A DNA stretch of 50,763 nt, from the NCBI GenBank assembly GCA_034669905.1, contig JAXMOL010000053.1:1-50763 (forward strand), in the 5' to 3' direction. The notes below the pieces were generated by a model that was not told the DNA's origin, searched no databases, and was given only the letters and a program-made list of their open reading frames with translations. Below, in pieces: positions 39,799 to 50,404 of the stretch (positions are counted from its first letter, which is position 1; every line of letters starts with the position of its first letter). The position numbers and the translations under genes are program-made. The DNA comes from Candidatus Hydrogenedentota bacterium (lineage in GTDB: Bacteria; Hydrogenedentota; Hydrogenedentia; Hydrogenedentales; JAEUWI01).

Positions 39799-42249
39799 TC
39801 AGGAATCCTGTGCGAGTTCGCCGCACCCGTGTTCGTCCAGTGTTTTTCTCACCGTGGCGAGGAGATTCCGGCGGCTCAGTGGCTTCGTTACAAGCGCCGC
39901 GGGCGCCAGCTGAAGCAACTCGTCGGTGGTGACGGATTCGTAGGAGCCCGTGGCGATCAGAATCGGGACAGCAATCCCCTCCTTGCGGATGCGCTGGGCC
40001 AGCTCATAACCCGTGAGGCGTGGCATGGTCATGTCGGTAATGAGCAGGTCGAACCCCGCGACGTTGCCGCATAGGACCTCCAGGGCCTTTTCACTGTCCG
40101 TGAAACCCTGGACGGCGTAGCCAGCGGTCTCCAGCATGCGGCGGTTCAGCGTTACCAGTTGGGCTTCATCGTCCACGACGAGAATACGCTCGTCGCCTCC
40201 TTTCACGGCGGCCTGTTTGCTCGGCGCGGCTGCCGCCGTTTCGTGGGCAATCGCCGGGAAATACACATCGAATCGGGTACCGACCCCCGGCTTGCTCGTG
40301 ACATCAATCGCACCTCCGTGTCCGTGGACGATGCCGTGAATGGTGGCCAGCCCCAAGCCAGTGCCTTCCCCTACGTCTTTTGTCGTGAAGAAGGGATCGA
40401 AGATCCGCTCCATGGTGGCTTTGTCCATGCCGCAGCCGCTGTCCTCCACGGAGAAGCAAACGTAAAGCCCGGGTTTGAGCTTTAGTCCTGTTGCCGCAGC
40501 GTCGGACATGGATTTTTCAGCGAGCGTGATGCGGATCCACCCCATCTCTTTTCCGATGGCCTGGCGCGCGTTGTTCACGAGGTTCATGATAACCTGGTGA
40601 AACTGGGTCGTATCGGCCATGACACGGCAGGACTCGCTGGTAATGCGTTCCTGAATTTCGATGGTTGAGGGGATTACGGCGCGCAGCAAGGACAGGGCAT
40701 CTTTCAAAATGGTGCACGGGTAGATCTCTTCGATTTTTTCCTCGGCCTGACGGCTGAAAACGAGAATCTTCGAGACCAGATCGGCCGCCCGGGCGCTCGC
40801 CGTCTTGATGTTGTGCAGGGACTCCTGCACGGGGTGGTCCTCTGCGAGCTCGAGGGAGGCCAGGTCGGCATTGCCCGCCACGACGGAGAGAATATTATTG
40901 AAATCGTGGGCGATACCGCCCGCAAAGGTGCCGACGGATTCCAGTTTTTGAGCCTGCCGGTTCTGCTCCTCAAGCTGACGATTCAGTTCTTCCATTTCGA
41001 GTTCGCGCGTGATATCGCGGGAGACCGAAATGTAATTCACGCAGGCGCCAGCCGCGTTAAGGACCGGCGTGATGGTCATGCGCTCGCTATATCGGGAGCC
41101 GTCCTTTCGCACGTTGATAATCGTACCTTCCCAAGATTCCCCCTCTTGCAGGTTTTGCCACATCTGCTCGTAGAACTTACGGTCATGCATGCCGCTCTTA
41201 AGAAAACTGGGATTCTTCCCGTACGCCTCTTCCCGGGTGAACCCCGTGATTGTTTCGTAAGCTTTGTTGACGTAAAGGATGTGGGGCGTCGTATCGGTGA
41301 TGACGAACATGTCGCCGGATTGCTCGACGGCCATGAGCAGGCGTTCCCGCTCTTCTTCGATCTGTTTACGGGCCGTAATATCCTGCGTGTAGCCGATTAC
41401 GCCCACCAGCTGTCCGTCCTCAACTACTGCTTCCCCCTGCATGGCCATGCAGCGGAGTTCGCCATTGTCCGCGCGGTGGATCACGTGCTCGCTGACCCCA
41501 TCGCCCGTCACGGCTTCCGGCGTGTCGGGAAAGGGGGGCGTGGCCTGGAGCAGCCGACTGATGTCCGCCCGGGTACGTACCTTGTCGTCCGTGCCATGGA
41601 TAGCCCGCCACTCCTCAGAAACCGAGAGCAGGTCCGTCTTCAAATCCCACTCCCAGCTGCCCATCCGCGCGACGATTTCCGCTTTCTTCCGCATTTGCTG
41701 GGAAGCTTCCAACTCGCGCGTACGCTGGGAGACCCGGTTTTCGAGCGACCGATTCAGCTCGGCGAGTGCAAAGCGCGTGTCCCAACTTTGACAGAGGGTT
41801 CGTGCCAACTGAAAAATTTCCTCCCGGCCGAACGGCTTCTGCATCAGCAGGACATCCCGGTGCAGTTTTTGCTGGATTTCATCGATATCGTAATCGGCAT
41901 GGGCGGTTGCAATCACGATATAGATATCGGCATCGACGTCGCGCAGCGAGCGGGCGGTTCGGAGTCCGTCCCATCCGGGAGGCATACGCATATCGACAAA
42001 GGCCACGGCGAAGGGCTGTCCGCTTTCCTTGGCCGCCTTGGCAATCTCGTATCCTTCCTGCCCCTGGGTGGCGCAGACAACGTCGAAGTCGTCATCTACA
42101 GCGCTCGCGGTCCCATGGGGTTGGGGCTCTACCAGGGCGGACAAGGCCTCGAGGCGATCGATGGAAGGGGACAAAATATCCATATAGGTGGCCCGAATGC
42201 TCGAGTCATCGTCAATAACCAATACCCGTCTGTTTGTCCGGTGTTCCAT
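39799..42249 (-). CDS. Hybrid sensor kinase (REC-PAS-PAS-HisKA-HATPase-REC)
   Basis: [46 protein letters not shown]. Confidence 0.93.
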   Translation of the reverse strand: MEHRTNRRVLVIDDDSSIRATYMDILSPSIDRLEALSALVEPQPHGTASAVDDDFDVVCATQGQEGYEIAKAAKESGQPFAVAFVDMRMPPGWDGLRTARSLRDVDADIYIVIATAHADYDIDEIQQKLHRDVLLMQKPFGREEIFQLARTLCQSWDTRFALAELNRSLENRVSQRTRELEASQQMRKKAEIVARMGSWEWDLKTDLLSVSEEWRAIHGTDDKVRTRADISRLLQATPPFPDTPEAVTGDGVSEHVIHRADNGELRCMAMQGEAVVEDGQLVGVIGYTQDITARKQIEEERERLLMAVEQSGDMFVITDTTPHILYVNKAYETITGFTREEAYGKNPSFLKSGMHDRKFYEQMWQNLQEGESWEGTIINVRKDGSRYSERMTITPVLNAAGACVNYISVSRDITRELEMEELNRQLEEQNRQAQKLESVGTFAGGIAHDFNNILSVVAGNADLASLELAEDHPVQESLHNIKTASARAADLVSKILVFSRQAEEKIEEIYPCTILKDALSLLRAVIPSTIEIQERITSESCRVMADTTQFHQVIMNLVNNARQAIGKEMGWIRITLAEKSMSDAAATGLKLKPGLYVCFSVEDSGCGMDKATMERIFDPFFTTKDVGEGTGLGLATIHGIVHGHGGAIDVTSKPGVGTRFDVYFPAIAHETAAAAPSKQAAVKGGDERILVVDDEAQLVTLNRRMLETAGYAVQGFTDSEKALEVLCGNVAGFDLLITDMTMPRLTGYELAQRIRKEGIAVPILIATGSYESVTTDELLQLAPAALVTKPLSRRNLLATVRKTLDEHGCGELAQDS

Positions 42250-42255
42250 TGGTGC

Positions 42256-45200
42256 CTACTCCATAGGTTGATCCGCCATTGCACGGGCATGAGAGAGCTT
42301 TCCGGGTACTTCCATGAAAAGGCACGCACCTTTCCCCGGGCCATCACTCTCCAATCGTACCGTGCCTCCCAACTCGCGAAAGAACAGGGCCATGGCGTGG
42401 AGTCCGTATCCCGATCCACGCGCTTTGGTAGATTCTCCGAAGGAGAAGACCTGCTCGATGCGATCCGGTTCAATTCCAATCCCATTGTCCTCAATGATAA
42501 ACTGCACCGCCCCCGAGTCGCCGTATCGGACGGAGATTCCGATAATAGCGTCGAAGCTTTCTATGACCTTTCGCTCGGCAATGGCTTCGTAGCTGTTCTT
42601 GATGGCGTTGATGATTGCTTGCAGTAACCGGTTTCGCGACATGGTCAGTTGGTCGACGTTGGGGTCGATGTCCACGTTTACCGTGATGTCGTACTTCAGC
42701 AGGGCATCCTCGTGCATGGCCACCGCGTCCTGGACCAGGGTGAGGAGTCGGAAGGTAGTCTGATCCTCGGAAGGCTGGGCGGCGGACTGCTGGATGCGGA
42801 CGATTTCCGCGATGTGCTGCACGCTCGTCGCAATGCGTTTTACCCGGTCCACAATATCCTCCTCGTAGAGCCGGAAAATTACCGAAGCCGCCTGTTCCTG
42901 AATCTTGCGCTGCTTCTCCAGATTGGCCTCGTCTGGAGGAGCCAATCGAGAATCCGCTGCGGCACGCTGGAGCAACTCGGCGATTTGCCGGAGGTCTGCC
43001 GCATGACGACCGAGCCGATTGGTGTCATTGGCGACGGACGTGATGGCATTACCGATGTTGTGTAAAACGGAAGTGGCGGTTTCGGCAATGCCGGATTGAA
43101 AAGCGGAGAACATCTGGAGCTTCTCGGAGCGGCGCTGTTCGCTCAGATCGCGCACCACCATGGTTAAGACCTCGGGAGTACCGGGTGAGCCTGAGATCAG
43201 GTGTGCGCTGTATGCTACGGGGAACGACTCGCCGTCTGCCCGACACATCTCACACACGCCGCTCCGGCCTTTGCCCGAGTTACTCGCAAAGATACACGCG
43301 GCCTTTAAGGCGGTATAGTGGGTTTCAATCAGGAACATGGCACGCAGGGTCAGTGCCCCCAGTTCTTCCCGGGGGCGCTGGAAAATTCTGGCCGCGGCCT
43401 TATTGCACTCCAGGACGCAATAGGACTCTGGATCCAGAAGGAGCACGGCTTCTTCCAGGCTTTCGATGATTTGGGTTCGGATGGTCTCTGAACGACGTAC
43501 GGCTCCCTCGGCTGCCCGGCGCTCGGTGATATCGTTGATGACGGAGATGAAATAGTCGGGCTGGTCATCGGCGGTACGGACCAGGGAGACCGATAAATTG
43601 ACCCAGATGACCTGGCCTTCTTTATGGAGATAGCGCTTCTCCATTGAATAGGACTTGATCTGCCCCGTCATCAAGGCCTGCGTTTGTTCAAGATCGACAT
43701 CGAGATCGTCGGGATGGGTCAACTCCTGGAAGGTGCGGCCGAGTAGTTCGTCGTTTGTGTATCCCAACATGTCGCAAAGCTGCTGGTTTACCCGCAGCCA
43801 GGCGCCATTCGGGGCTACGTGGGCGATTCCCACAGCGGCCAGTTCAAAGGTCTGGCGCAAGCGGGCTTCGCTCTGCTGCAACTGGATGGTGGTCAGGGTC
43901 TGTTCCGTGATGTCACTCCCTTCGGGAATCAGCATGACGACCTGGCCGTCTTCGTCGAATACTGGTGTTATCGAAATGCTGACGTAAATGCGATTGCCAC
44001 GGGCATTCTTCACTTCGATGTCGGTTCGGGTGAACTCGCCCGCTGCCGCCCGTTTGACCATCTGCCGGATAATGGCTCTATTTTCGGGCGACCGGTCCCA
44101 CCAGTCTGGCTCCCAAAAGAAAGTACCGCGCACGATTTCAACGTTTGAATCGATGAACCGGATGGCGGCGCGGTTTACTTCCAGCACCCGACCCTCCGGG
44201 GACAGGAGCCCGATGAAGTTGGCAGTGGAATCGAAAATGCCGCGGAAGCGTCGTTCGCTTTCTTTGAGCTGAATTTCCGCAATGCGTTCGCCCGTGATAT
44301 CCCGTTGCGTGCCCCAGACACGGACGAGGAATCCGCTCTCCACCATACCCGTAATATTGGCCGAGACCCAAATGATAGATTCTGTCCGGTCCCGTTGTGC
44401 TACGACAACATTGCTTAGTTGGTAGGACTCTGAGAACCGTTCCGCTATCTCGGTTAGATCAGAGAGCGACTCCGAATCGGCAAAAAAAGAACCGGCGGGC
44501 CTGCCCTCAATTTCTTCCGCCTTCTGGTGGCCGTACATGCGGGCCATTGCGTCGTTGCATTCGCTGATCGGGCTTTGCAGGTACATAGCGAGTTGTTCGA
44601 GGGCCGAGGCGTGGGTCGGCACCGGCTCCAGCAGCTCGACCCGGAAAATGCCCTCGCTGGCCTGCTCGATGAAACTTCGGAAGCGTTCCTCGCTCATGCG
44701 GAGCTTTTCCTCCGCCGCTTTCCGCTCCGTAATATCGTTGACGACGGCGATAAAATGGTCGGGCGCCCCCTGGGAATCACGTACGAGCGCAACACTCAGA
44801 TTTACCCAGATGGAGGTCCCGGTTTTCCCCAGTAGACGGAGTTCCAGCTGATAGGAGTCGTATTCGCCGCGGAGCGACGCCTCGTAGCGTTCGTTGTGGC
44901 CGGGAAAGTCCTCGGCATGCGATATGTGCATGACGGGCATGCCAAGCATCTCCGACGCCTCAAAATCAAGCATGGTGGCGAGCTGCTCGTTGACTTCGCG
45001 GAAGCGGCCGTCGGGCCCGACCAGTGCAATCCCGACGGATGCCTGTTCAAAGGTGGCGCGGAAGCGTTTCTCGGAGGCCCGCAGCGCGGCATTACGCTCC
45101 TGAATTCGGTGGGTCAGGCCCGTCAATGCCCCGGCGATACGGGCCAGTTCGTCGTTGCCCGTGACCGGAATCGCGCGCATGGTACCGGTGCTGCCTGCCT

Positions 45201-45855
45201 GGTCCAGCGCGGTGACAATTTGCCGCATCCGTTTCAGAAGTACTACCCGGAGGAAGAGCCAGACGAACGCCGACATGAACAAGATGACGGCGGCCACGAT
45301 GGCAAAATGGCGGTAGATAATTTGCAGAGTGCGGTCCAAGGTGGGGGCGAGGTTGCGCTCGACCAGCAGTACGCCGGCGCGGGTGGTGGCGAACTCGGAA
45401 CTCACCGGCTGCATCAATACGGGAAAGATGCCGAACACATTCTCATTCTGCTCACCCGAAAGCGCGCGGCTGACAAAGTCTTCCCGGGCCTGCGCAACCA
45501 CACCCACCACGGCCTTGAAACTCGTCTCCCGCCAGTCTTCACCTTCCTGGTCGTAATGGGTGCTGAGCAGGATACGATCCGTGTCGTCGATTAAGAACGC
45601 ACGTACGATGTTTCGGTCGAGCTTAAGCCGATCAATGAGGCGGCCCCCGGCAATCAGGTCGTCCGTTCGAAGGGCATAGGACAATTCACCGGCCACAATG
45701 GAACCCAATGCGATGGTTTCTACTTCGAAATCGCTTCGCATCTGGTGGAGTTCGGCCCGGATGAAGAGCAAGACGATAAGCGTTCCTGCCGACATGCCGA
45801 TAACGAGGAGAAACAGCGGAATGCTGATATTCAGTGGGAAGCGAAACTCTTTCAC
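42256..45855 (-). CDS. Membrane multi-PAS sensor histidine kinase
   Basis: Two TM segments, HAMP (GNDEL), about five PAS/PAC units (DITE.K), H-box SVLHNIGN, DNGIG, GSGYGL. Confidence 0.92.
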   Translation of the reverse strand: MKEFRFPLNISIPLFLLVIGMSAGTLIVLLFIRAELHQMRSDFEVETIALGSIVAGELSYALRTDDLIAGGRLIDRLKLDRNIVRAFLIDDTDRILLSTHYDQEGEDWRETSFKAVVGVVAQAREDFVSRALSGEQNENVFGIFPVLMQPVSSEFATTRAGVLLVERNLAPTLDRTLQIIYRHFAIVAAVILFMSAFVWLFLRVVLLKRMRQIVTALDQAGSTGTMRAIPVTGNDELARIAGALTGLTHRIQERNAALRASEKRFRATFEQASVGIALVGPDGRFREVNEQLATMLDFEASEMLGMPVMHISHAEDFPGHNERYEASLRGEYDSYQLELRLLGKTGTSIWVNLSVALVRDSQGAPDHFIAVVNDITERKAAEEKLRMSEERFRSFIEQASEGIFRVELLEPVPTHASALEQLAMYLQSPISECNDAMARMYGHQKAEEIEGRPAGSFFADSESLSDLTEIAERFSESYQLSNVVVAQRDRTESIIWVSANITGMVESGFLVRVWGTQRDITGERIAEIQLKESERRFRGIFDSTANFIGLLSPEGRVLEVNRAAIRFIDSNVEIVRGTFFWEPDWWDRSPENRAIIRQMVKRAAAGEFTRTDIEVKNARGNRIYVSISITPVFDEDGQVVMLIPEGSDITEQTLTTIQLQQSEARLRQTFELAAVGIAHVAPNGAWLRVNQQLCDMLGYTNDELLGRTFQELTHPDDLDVDLEQTQALMTGQIKSYSMEKRYLHKEGQVIWVNLSVSLVRTADDQPDYFISVINDITERRAAEGAVRRSETIRTQIIESLEEAVLLLDPESYCVLECNKAAARIFQRPREELGALTLRAMFLIETHYTALKAACIFASNSGKGRSGVCEMCRADGESFPVAYSAHLISGSPGTPEVLTMVVRDLSEQRRSEKLQMFSAFQSGIAETATSVLHNIGNAITSVANDTNRLGRHAADLRQIAELLQRAAADSRLAPPDEANLEKQRKIQEQAASVIFRLYEEDIVDRVKRIATSVQHIAEIVRIQQSAAQPSEDQTTFRLLTLVQDAVAMHEDALLKYDITVNVDIDPNVDQLTMSRNRLLQAIINAIKNSYEAIAERKVIESFDAIIGISVRYGDSGAVQFIIEDNGIGIEPDRIEQVFSFGESTKARGSGYGLHAMALFFRELGGTVRLESDGPGKGACLFMEVPGKLSHARAMADQPME

Positions 45856-46844
45856 TCGCCACGCACCTCAACGAAGTGGCCATGGAGCAGAGATGGAAAA
45901 TCGAATTCCGCCGTCAGGAAGTCCGCACGGCGCAACACATCCGCCTCTTCTTCCAGCTTGGTCACCATCAGCGCTGGCCTCTCGACCAGCATCTCCTGGT
46001 TGAAAGTCGCTCCCGTGAGCGTAATGTCTTCGAAGGTAGCGATGAATTCCTCCGGGGTCAGGCCTTCCCGTTTGGCGAGCTCGGCTGCATAGGCCTCCGG
46101 GGAACCCTGATAGGTCTCGATGGCTTTTATCCATCCCTTCACCAGTACGCCGACGTCTTCAGCGCGCGATTCGATAATGGACTCTCGAGCGATCAAGACG
46201 TCCATGATTTCGTTGGGCAGTTCCCGGCTGGAGAACAGCTCGTGTGCGCCCTGTCTCAGGATCTCGGTGCGGAAGGGCTCATAGGTGACGAGGGCATCCA
46301 CGCGCCCGTCGCCATAGTAGGAAGGTCCTTCGGATATTTCAACCGAGACTATCTCGATGTCGCCCTTTACCAGTTCACTCTTATCGAGGATACGCTGCAG
46401 TATGTAGGCCCCAAGAGCGCTCCGCTCGATGCCAATGCGCTTGCCCCTCAACTGTTCGAGGGATTCGATCGCTGGACGGGCGAGGAGCACGTCGGCACCA
46501 TTGGAAACGTTAATTATCTGCACGATACGTTGGGAGGGATCCCGTGCCGCGAGCTGAAGTACGTAGTTGGTGGTCAGGGCGACGCAGTCGACGGCGCCGC
46601 TGTTGTAGGCGCGGAGGGTTTCTCCGGGGGCCCTAAATCCCACCAGTTCGATATTTCCGCGATCGTAGTAGCCCAACTCTTTGGCGAGATAGGCCATCTC
46701 ATAGGGCGGCCAGATCAAAACGCCGACACGGAGAGGCCCAGACGGGGTTGGTTCCGAACTGCAGCCACTGACGAGTAAAACGATTCCGGTGGCTATCATG
46801 TACACCAGTAAGCGTGCACTTCTCCGGATCCGAATCCCATTCAT
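45852..46844 (-). CDS. SsuA/NMT1-like substrate-binding lipoprotein
   Basis: Lipobox VSGC; WPPYE, SNGAD, LRGKRIG, VDALVTYEPF; GGAGG RBS; GTGA overlap with the kinase. Confidence 0.88.
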   Translation of the reverse strand: MNGIRIRRSARLLVYMIATGIVLLVSGCSSEPTPSGPLRVGVLIWPPYEMAYLAKELGYYDRGNIELVGFRAPGETLRAYNSGAVDCVALTTNYVLQLAARDPSQRIVQIINVSNGADVLLARPAIESLEQLRGKRIGIERSALGAYILQRILDKSELVKGDIEIVSVEISEGPSYYGDGRVDALVTYEPFRTEILRQGAHELFSSRELPNEIMDVLIARESIIESRAEDVGVLVKGWIKAIETYQGSPEAYAAELAKREGLTPEEFIATFEDITLTGATFNQEMLVERPALMVTKLEEEADVLRRADFLTAEFDFPSLLHGHFVEVRGE

Positions 46845-47110
46845 CGCCATTTCCTCCATGCTTCCGAGCTTCCTCAATCGTGTCGTCGGGCCCAAGGGGA
46901 TTTGCTATGCGGGATCATTATACGACGAATGGGTGTATTTGTCAGTACCCAATACAGTCCAGGAAGTTATCCCCCAGCGTTGAAGCCAGACAGATGCTTT
47001 TCTCGGGCTGTTGTTCCGACATTCCACGAGGGCGTGGTCGTATGGAAAGACTCGGGGGAAGAGGCGGACTGAGATGGTGACTTACAGCCGTGCAGAAGAA
47101 TGTTTCTTCC

Positions 47111-47283
47111 GATGCCGATTTTGGGGCGCCGAGCCGTTGACCGGCGTCGCGCCACTCACGGTGCCATTTGACGATTTTATTTCGGGAGACGTGTTGTGAC
47201 GGCCGTGAAACTTTGATGACAACGGCAGGATTGATGCCGATGATCCGGGAGCACCCGTATTACACACCTGCAATAGTGGGGGC
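47111..47283 (+). pseudogene. Decayed PKD-domain fragment
   Basis: DADF/(frameshift)GAEPLTGVAPLTVPFDDFISGDVL*RP*NFDDNGRID...PVLHTCNSGG. Confidence 0.6.
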
Positions 47284-47385
47284 GATCCTGTTGCCCAGGG
47301 ACCTTTTTGCCGGAAGGTGGCACGTCGGTCTTTGTCTCTGATGAGGGGTTCCCACCGGGCAAGGACGATTCTCTTTTTTTTGACG

Positions 47386-47422
47386 GTTGCCATAGGGCTG
47401 CTCCAGCATGCCCTATGGCAAC
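47386..47422. terminator. Perfect 13-bp hairpin just downstream of the SDR gene
   Basis: GTTGCCATAGGGC / GCCCTATGGCAAC; no adjacent U tract on the minus strand. Confidence 0.45.
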
Positions 47423-47448
47423 TATCAATGCTCGCCCGTGGCGTGCCC

Positions 47449-48237
47449 CTAAAAAATCGTGGGCACCAGGCCGCCTTCGGCGCGGATGGCGGCACCGTTG
47501 ATCACCGACGCGCGGCCACTGCAGACGAAGGCCACCACGTCGCCGATTTCCTTCGGGTCGATAAAACGTCCGAGGAGGGAGGTGGGGCGGTTCTTCTGGA
47601 TGAACGTGGGGAGGGCTTCTTCCAAGGGCACGCCGGGATATACGCTCGCGACAAATTTCTCCACCGTGTCCGTCTGAGTGGGACCGGGCAAGACGGAGTT
47701 CACGGTGACCGCTGTGTTCTTTGTCAGCTCGGCCAGGGAGCGGGCGATGGTTAACTGCATGGTCTTGGTGGCGCTGTAGTGGGCCATTTCCGGCGCAGGC
47801 GTCACGGCCGACTCGCTGGAGATAAAGACGATGCGGCCCGTGCCCCGCTCCAGCATCCTGGCGAGATAATGTCGCGTGAGACGCACGCCGCTCATGATGT
47901 TGATTTCAAAGAGGCGCTGCCAATCGGAATCTGTTTCGTCGAAAAACCCCACGGCTTCGTAGATGCCCAGGTTGTTCACCAGGATGTCGACGTCGGGCAA
48001 CTGTGTGATGGTCTCCTGGCAGCCCTCGGCGGTTCCGTTGTCGGCCACGAGGGGGACGAGGTCCGCCTCGGGTACTTCGGCGCGAATTTTTGCGATGGCG
48101 TCATCGACACCCTGTTTGCTCCGGCCGTTGACATAGACACGGGCCTTTTCGGCGGCGAGGGTCTGGGCGATGGCGAGGCCAATGCCGCCGGAAGACGCGG
48201 TTACCAGGGCTGTTTTTCCGTCGAGTTCGAGATTCAT
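47449..48237 (-). CDS. SDR-family oxidoreductase
   Basis: [36 protein letters not shown]. Confidence 0.93.
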   Translation of the reverse strand: MNLELDGKTALVTASSGGIGLAIAQTLAAEKARVYVNGRSKQGVDDAIAKIRAEVPEADLVPLVADNGTAEGCQETITQLPDVDILVNNLGIYEAVGFFDETDSDWQRLFEINIMSGVRLTRHYLARMLERGTGRIVFISSESAVTPAPEMAHYSATKTMQLTIARSLAELTKNTAVTVNSVLPGPTQTDTVEKFVASVYPGVPLEEALPTFIQKNRPTSLLGRFIDPKEIGDVVAFVCSGRASVINGAAIRAEGGLVPTIF

Positions 48238-48322
48238 AGGGTATCCTCCAATAGGGTTGTACGTTGCATCTTTAACTGGATTAATGATAATTGATTGAGC
48301 ATTAAAGTATTGGGGAAAATTT

Positions 48323-48802
48323 TTAGTCGTCACGTGCCGGAATGTCCCGGGCCTTGTCGAGAAGAGTAACCAGCTGACGGCATTCATCGGCACTCAAGTG
48401 ACCCGCCAGGTGTCGTTCGATTTCATCATTGGGTCCTTCCAGCGTGTCGAGGAGTTCGTTGCCTGCCGTTGTTAATCGCACATACCAGATACGACGGTCC
48501 CCATCACAGCGCTGCCGTGCGACCAATGCCCGGTCCTCGAGCTTGTCGATAAGCCCTGTAATGCCGGGCACGTGGGACACCAGACGACTCGCAATTTCGA
48601 GGATGGGGAGGGGGCCGTCCGCGCCACGCAAAATACGTAGGATATTGTATTGGGGGTGGGTCAGGTTGTATTCCCGGAAAAACTGGCGCAGACGGTATTG
48701 GTACATGTCGCTCGTGCGCAAGACGCTGGCAATGACTTCCTGGGCGGGCTGTTTAAAGTCCCGCTTCATCTTGAGTTCTTGACCCAACCGTTTTGAAATC
48801 AT
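48323..48802 (-). CDS. MarR-family transcriptional regulator
   Basis: [24 protein letters not shown]...LTTAG. Confidence 0.92.
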   Translation of the reverse strand: MISKRLGQELKMKRDFKQPAQEVIASVLRTSDMYQYRLRQFFREYNLTHPQYNILRILRGADGPLPILEIASRLVSHVPGITGLIDKLEDRALVARQRCDGDRRIWYVRLTTAGNELLDTLEGPNDEIERHLAGHLSADECRQLVTLLDKARDIPARDD

Positions 48803-48839
48803 GTGAGTAACTCCGGTGCGTTTCGCCTGTGATGTAGGT

Positions 48840-48871
48840 ACTATACCATTAAATAGTTGAATTATCAAGTA
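48840..48871 (-). promoter_or_regulatory. Promoter of marR with an overlapping palindromic operator
   Basis: TTGATA-17-TATAGT (extended -10 TG); TAGTTGA-ATTA-TCAAGTA imperfect palindrome over the -35. Confidence 0.65.
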
Positions 48872-48907
48872 ATCCGGCTTGGCACTGTCTGGCATAGGAC
48901 GAAATGA

Positions 48908-49412
48908 CCAAGCTCCTTGTTCAGGTGGACGGGGGGGGCACGGGCTCTTGGGGGGCTCGCTGCTGGTCGAGTGGGAGAAGGTGCGGGTGTCTTTTATCTC
49001 GGACAGGTTGAAAACGCGCCGTGGCGGGAGTGTCCAAGCTCCTTGTTTCGGAGGGCAGTCCCACAGGGACTGCCTTCGCGCGGAGCGTCACGTTGGGTAG
49101 CGTGTGGACGGGGAGGTAAAGAGGGTTTTAGCGGATGAATCGCGCACGTCGAAGCGCGAGGCTGTACCGGCAGTATGGGGAGACGGGGTGGGGGCACGGG
49201 CTCTTGGGGTTCTCGCTGCTGGTCGAGTGTGAGAAGGTGAGGGCAGGAGTGTCCAAGCTCCTTGTTTCGGTGGGCAGGTCCACAGGGACTGCCTTCGCGC
49301 GGAGCGTCACGTTGGGTAGCGTGTGGACGGGGATGTAAAGACGGATTCAACGTATGAACCGTGCACGTCGAAGCGCGAGGCTGTACCGGCAGTATGGGGA
49401 GACGGGGGGGGG
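48908..49412. repeat. Tandem ~219-bp intergenic repeat (about two copies plus a partial copy)
   Basis: GGAGTGTCCAAGCTCC at 49027 and 49246; shares AGGGACTGCCTTCGCGC and CTGTACCGGCAGTATG with the 2285-2722 repeat. Confidence 0.9.
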
Positions 49413-49563
49413 ACGGAAGTGATATCGCGCATCCGCTACCGCCACCGCAGTCAGGAAAGGCTGCACCCGGGGAGTCTCCAGCCACCCTGTGACTTTCACG
49501 GCCTCATCGTCATGGGGTGCGCGGAGGCGCGCAGGAAGTGCCATGAAAAGTCGGGATTCTTCT

Positions 49564-49593
49564 TGAACGAAGCGCCCGCAAAACGCTATACTC
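49564..49593 (+). promoter_or_regulatory. Putative tRNA promoter
   Basis: TTGAAC-18-TATACT, 10 bp upstream of the tRNA. Confidence 0.5.
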
Positions 49594-49603
49594 TCCATCC
49601 CTT

Positions 49604-49690
49604 GCCGGAGTGGCGGAATTGGCAGACGCACCGGATTCAAAATCCGGCGCTGGTAACAGCGTGGGGGTTCAAGTCCCCCCTCCGGCACCA
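49604..49690 (+). tRNA. tRNA-Leu (CAA)
   Basis: 87 nt; acceptor GCCGGAG/CTCCGGC; anticodon arm CCGGA-TTCAAAA-TCCGG; long variable arm; GTTCAAG; encoded CCA. Confidence 0.97.
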
Positions 49691-49700
49691 TTGAAAATAA

Positions 49701-49739
49701 AGGCGATTCTCAGTTTTCTGGGAATCGCCTCTTTTCTTT
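49701..49739 (+). terminator. Intrinsic terminator after the tRNA
   Basis: AGGCGATTCTCAG / CTGGGAATCGCCT followed by CTTTTCTTT. Confidence 0.75.
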
Positions 49740-49759
49740 CTGGGCCACTTAAGGACATA

Positions 49760-49972
49760 TTAAGGGGAGAGATTTACGCGCAGAGTTTCGCCTATAGGCC
49801 AGTCCTGCGCGCCGTCCGTGATGATTAACGCGCCGCCGCCGTCGTCTTGCCATCGAAAATCCGTGCCGTTGTCGTGGTTGTAGTCGTCGATAAGGCCGTC
49901 TATATCGTCGTCATCCCATGGGCCCGGGTCTTTATGGAATGCCGCGTCCGTGATACGCCAGTAGTCGCCCAT
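49760..49972 (-). CDS. Small acidic hypothetical protein (phage-like)
   Basis: 70 aa; TAATG overlap with the upstream ORF. Confidence 0.55.
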   Translation of the reverse strand: MGDYWRITDAAFHKDPGPWDDDDIDGLIDDYNHDNGTDFRWQDDGGGALIITDGAQDWPIGETLRVNLSP

Positions 49973-50295
49973 TAGCCGCCCGCCGTCCGTAGGTGCCGCA
50001 GCTCCGCGCGCGCCGTCTCTAACTGCTTTTCCAGTGTCGCCACGTGCGCCGCTAGCGTGTCGATATTCTGGGCCTTACTGTACCCTTGCTCGGCCTGCGT
50101 TCGTACCTTAGGGGCCATTCTCGGGCCTTTATTTCTGGCGAATAGGGAGCGCGGTAGCGGTTTCGGCTCTGTGCGCCGCTTTGCAGGCCGTCCGCGCGCC
50201 GGTGTCGGCTTTCGGGTCGGTCGCGGGCCGTAGCAGAGCCTACGGAATACTTCAATATCGCCTATGCGCGTAATGCGATAATATGCATTTCTCAT
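49972..50295 (-). CDS. Small basic hypothetical protein with a C-terminal coiled coil (phage-like)
   Basis: 107 aa; GGAG RBS upstream. Confidence 0.55.
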   Translation of the reverse strand: MRNAYYRITRIGDIEVFRRLCYGPRPTRKPTPARGRPAKRRTEPKPLPRSLFARNKGPRMAPKVRTQAEQGYSKAQNIDTLAAHVATLEKQLETARAELRHLRTAGG

Positions 50296-50312
50296 GGGTG
50301 TGCTCCATGGTT

Positions 50313-50351
50313 AAAAAAGCCCCGCCACTCTGGAGATACGAGTGACGGGGC
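50313..50351 (-). terminator. Intrinsic terminator after the phage structural-like gene
   Basis: Minus strand GCCCCGTCACTC / GAGTGGCGGGGC followed by T6. Confidence 0.8.
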
Positions 50352-50404
50352 GCACGCAGAAAACCCGACTGGCATAAGAGGCCGTGTGCCGGGACTTCTA
50401 AAAC

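Noticed and set aside
7565..42627. Long antisense ORFs (for example 7565..9265, 32459..34033, 40813..42627)
   Set aside because: They are shadows of well-supported genes on the opposite strand, common in GC-rich DNA, and carry no recognisable motifs.
48908..49485. CRISPR array or coding ORFs in the 219-bp repeat
   Set aside because: Long near-identical units, no spacers, and non-protein-like translations.
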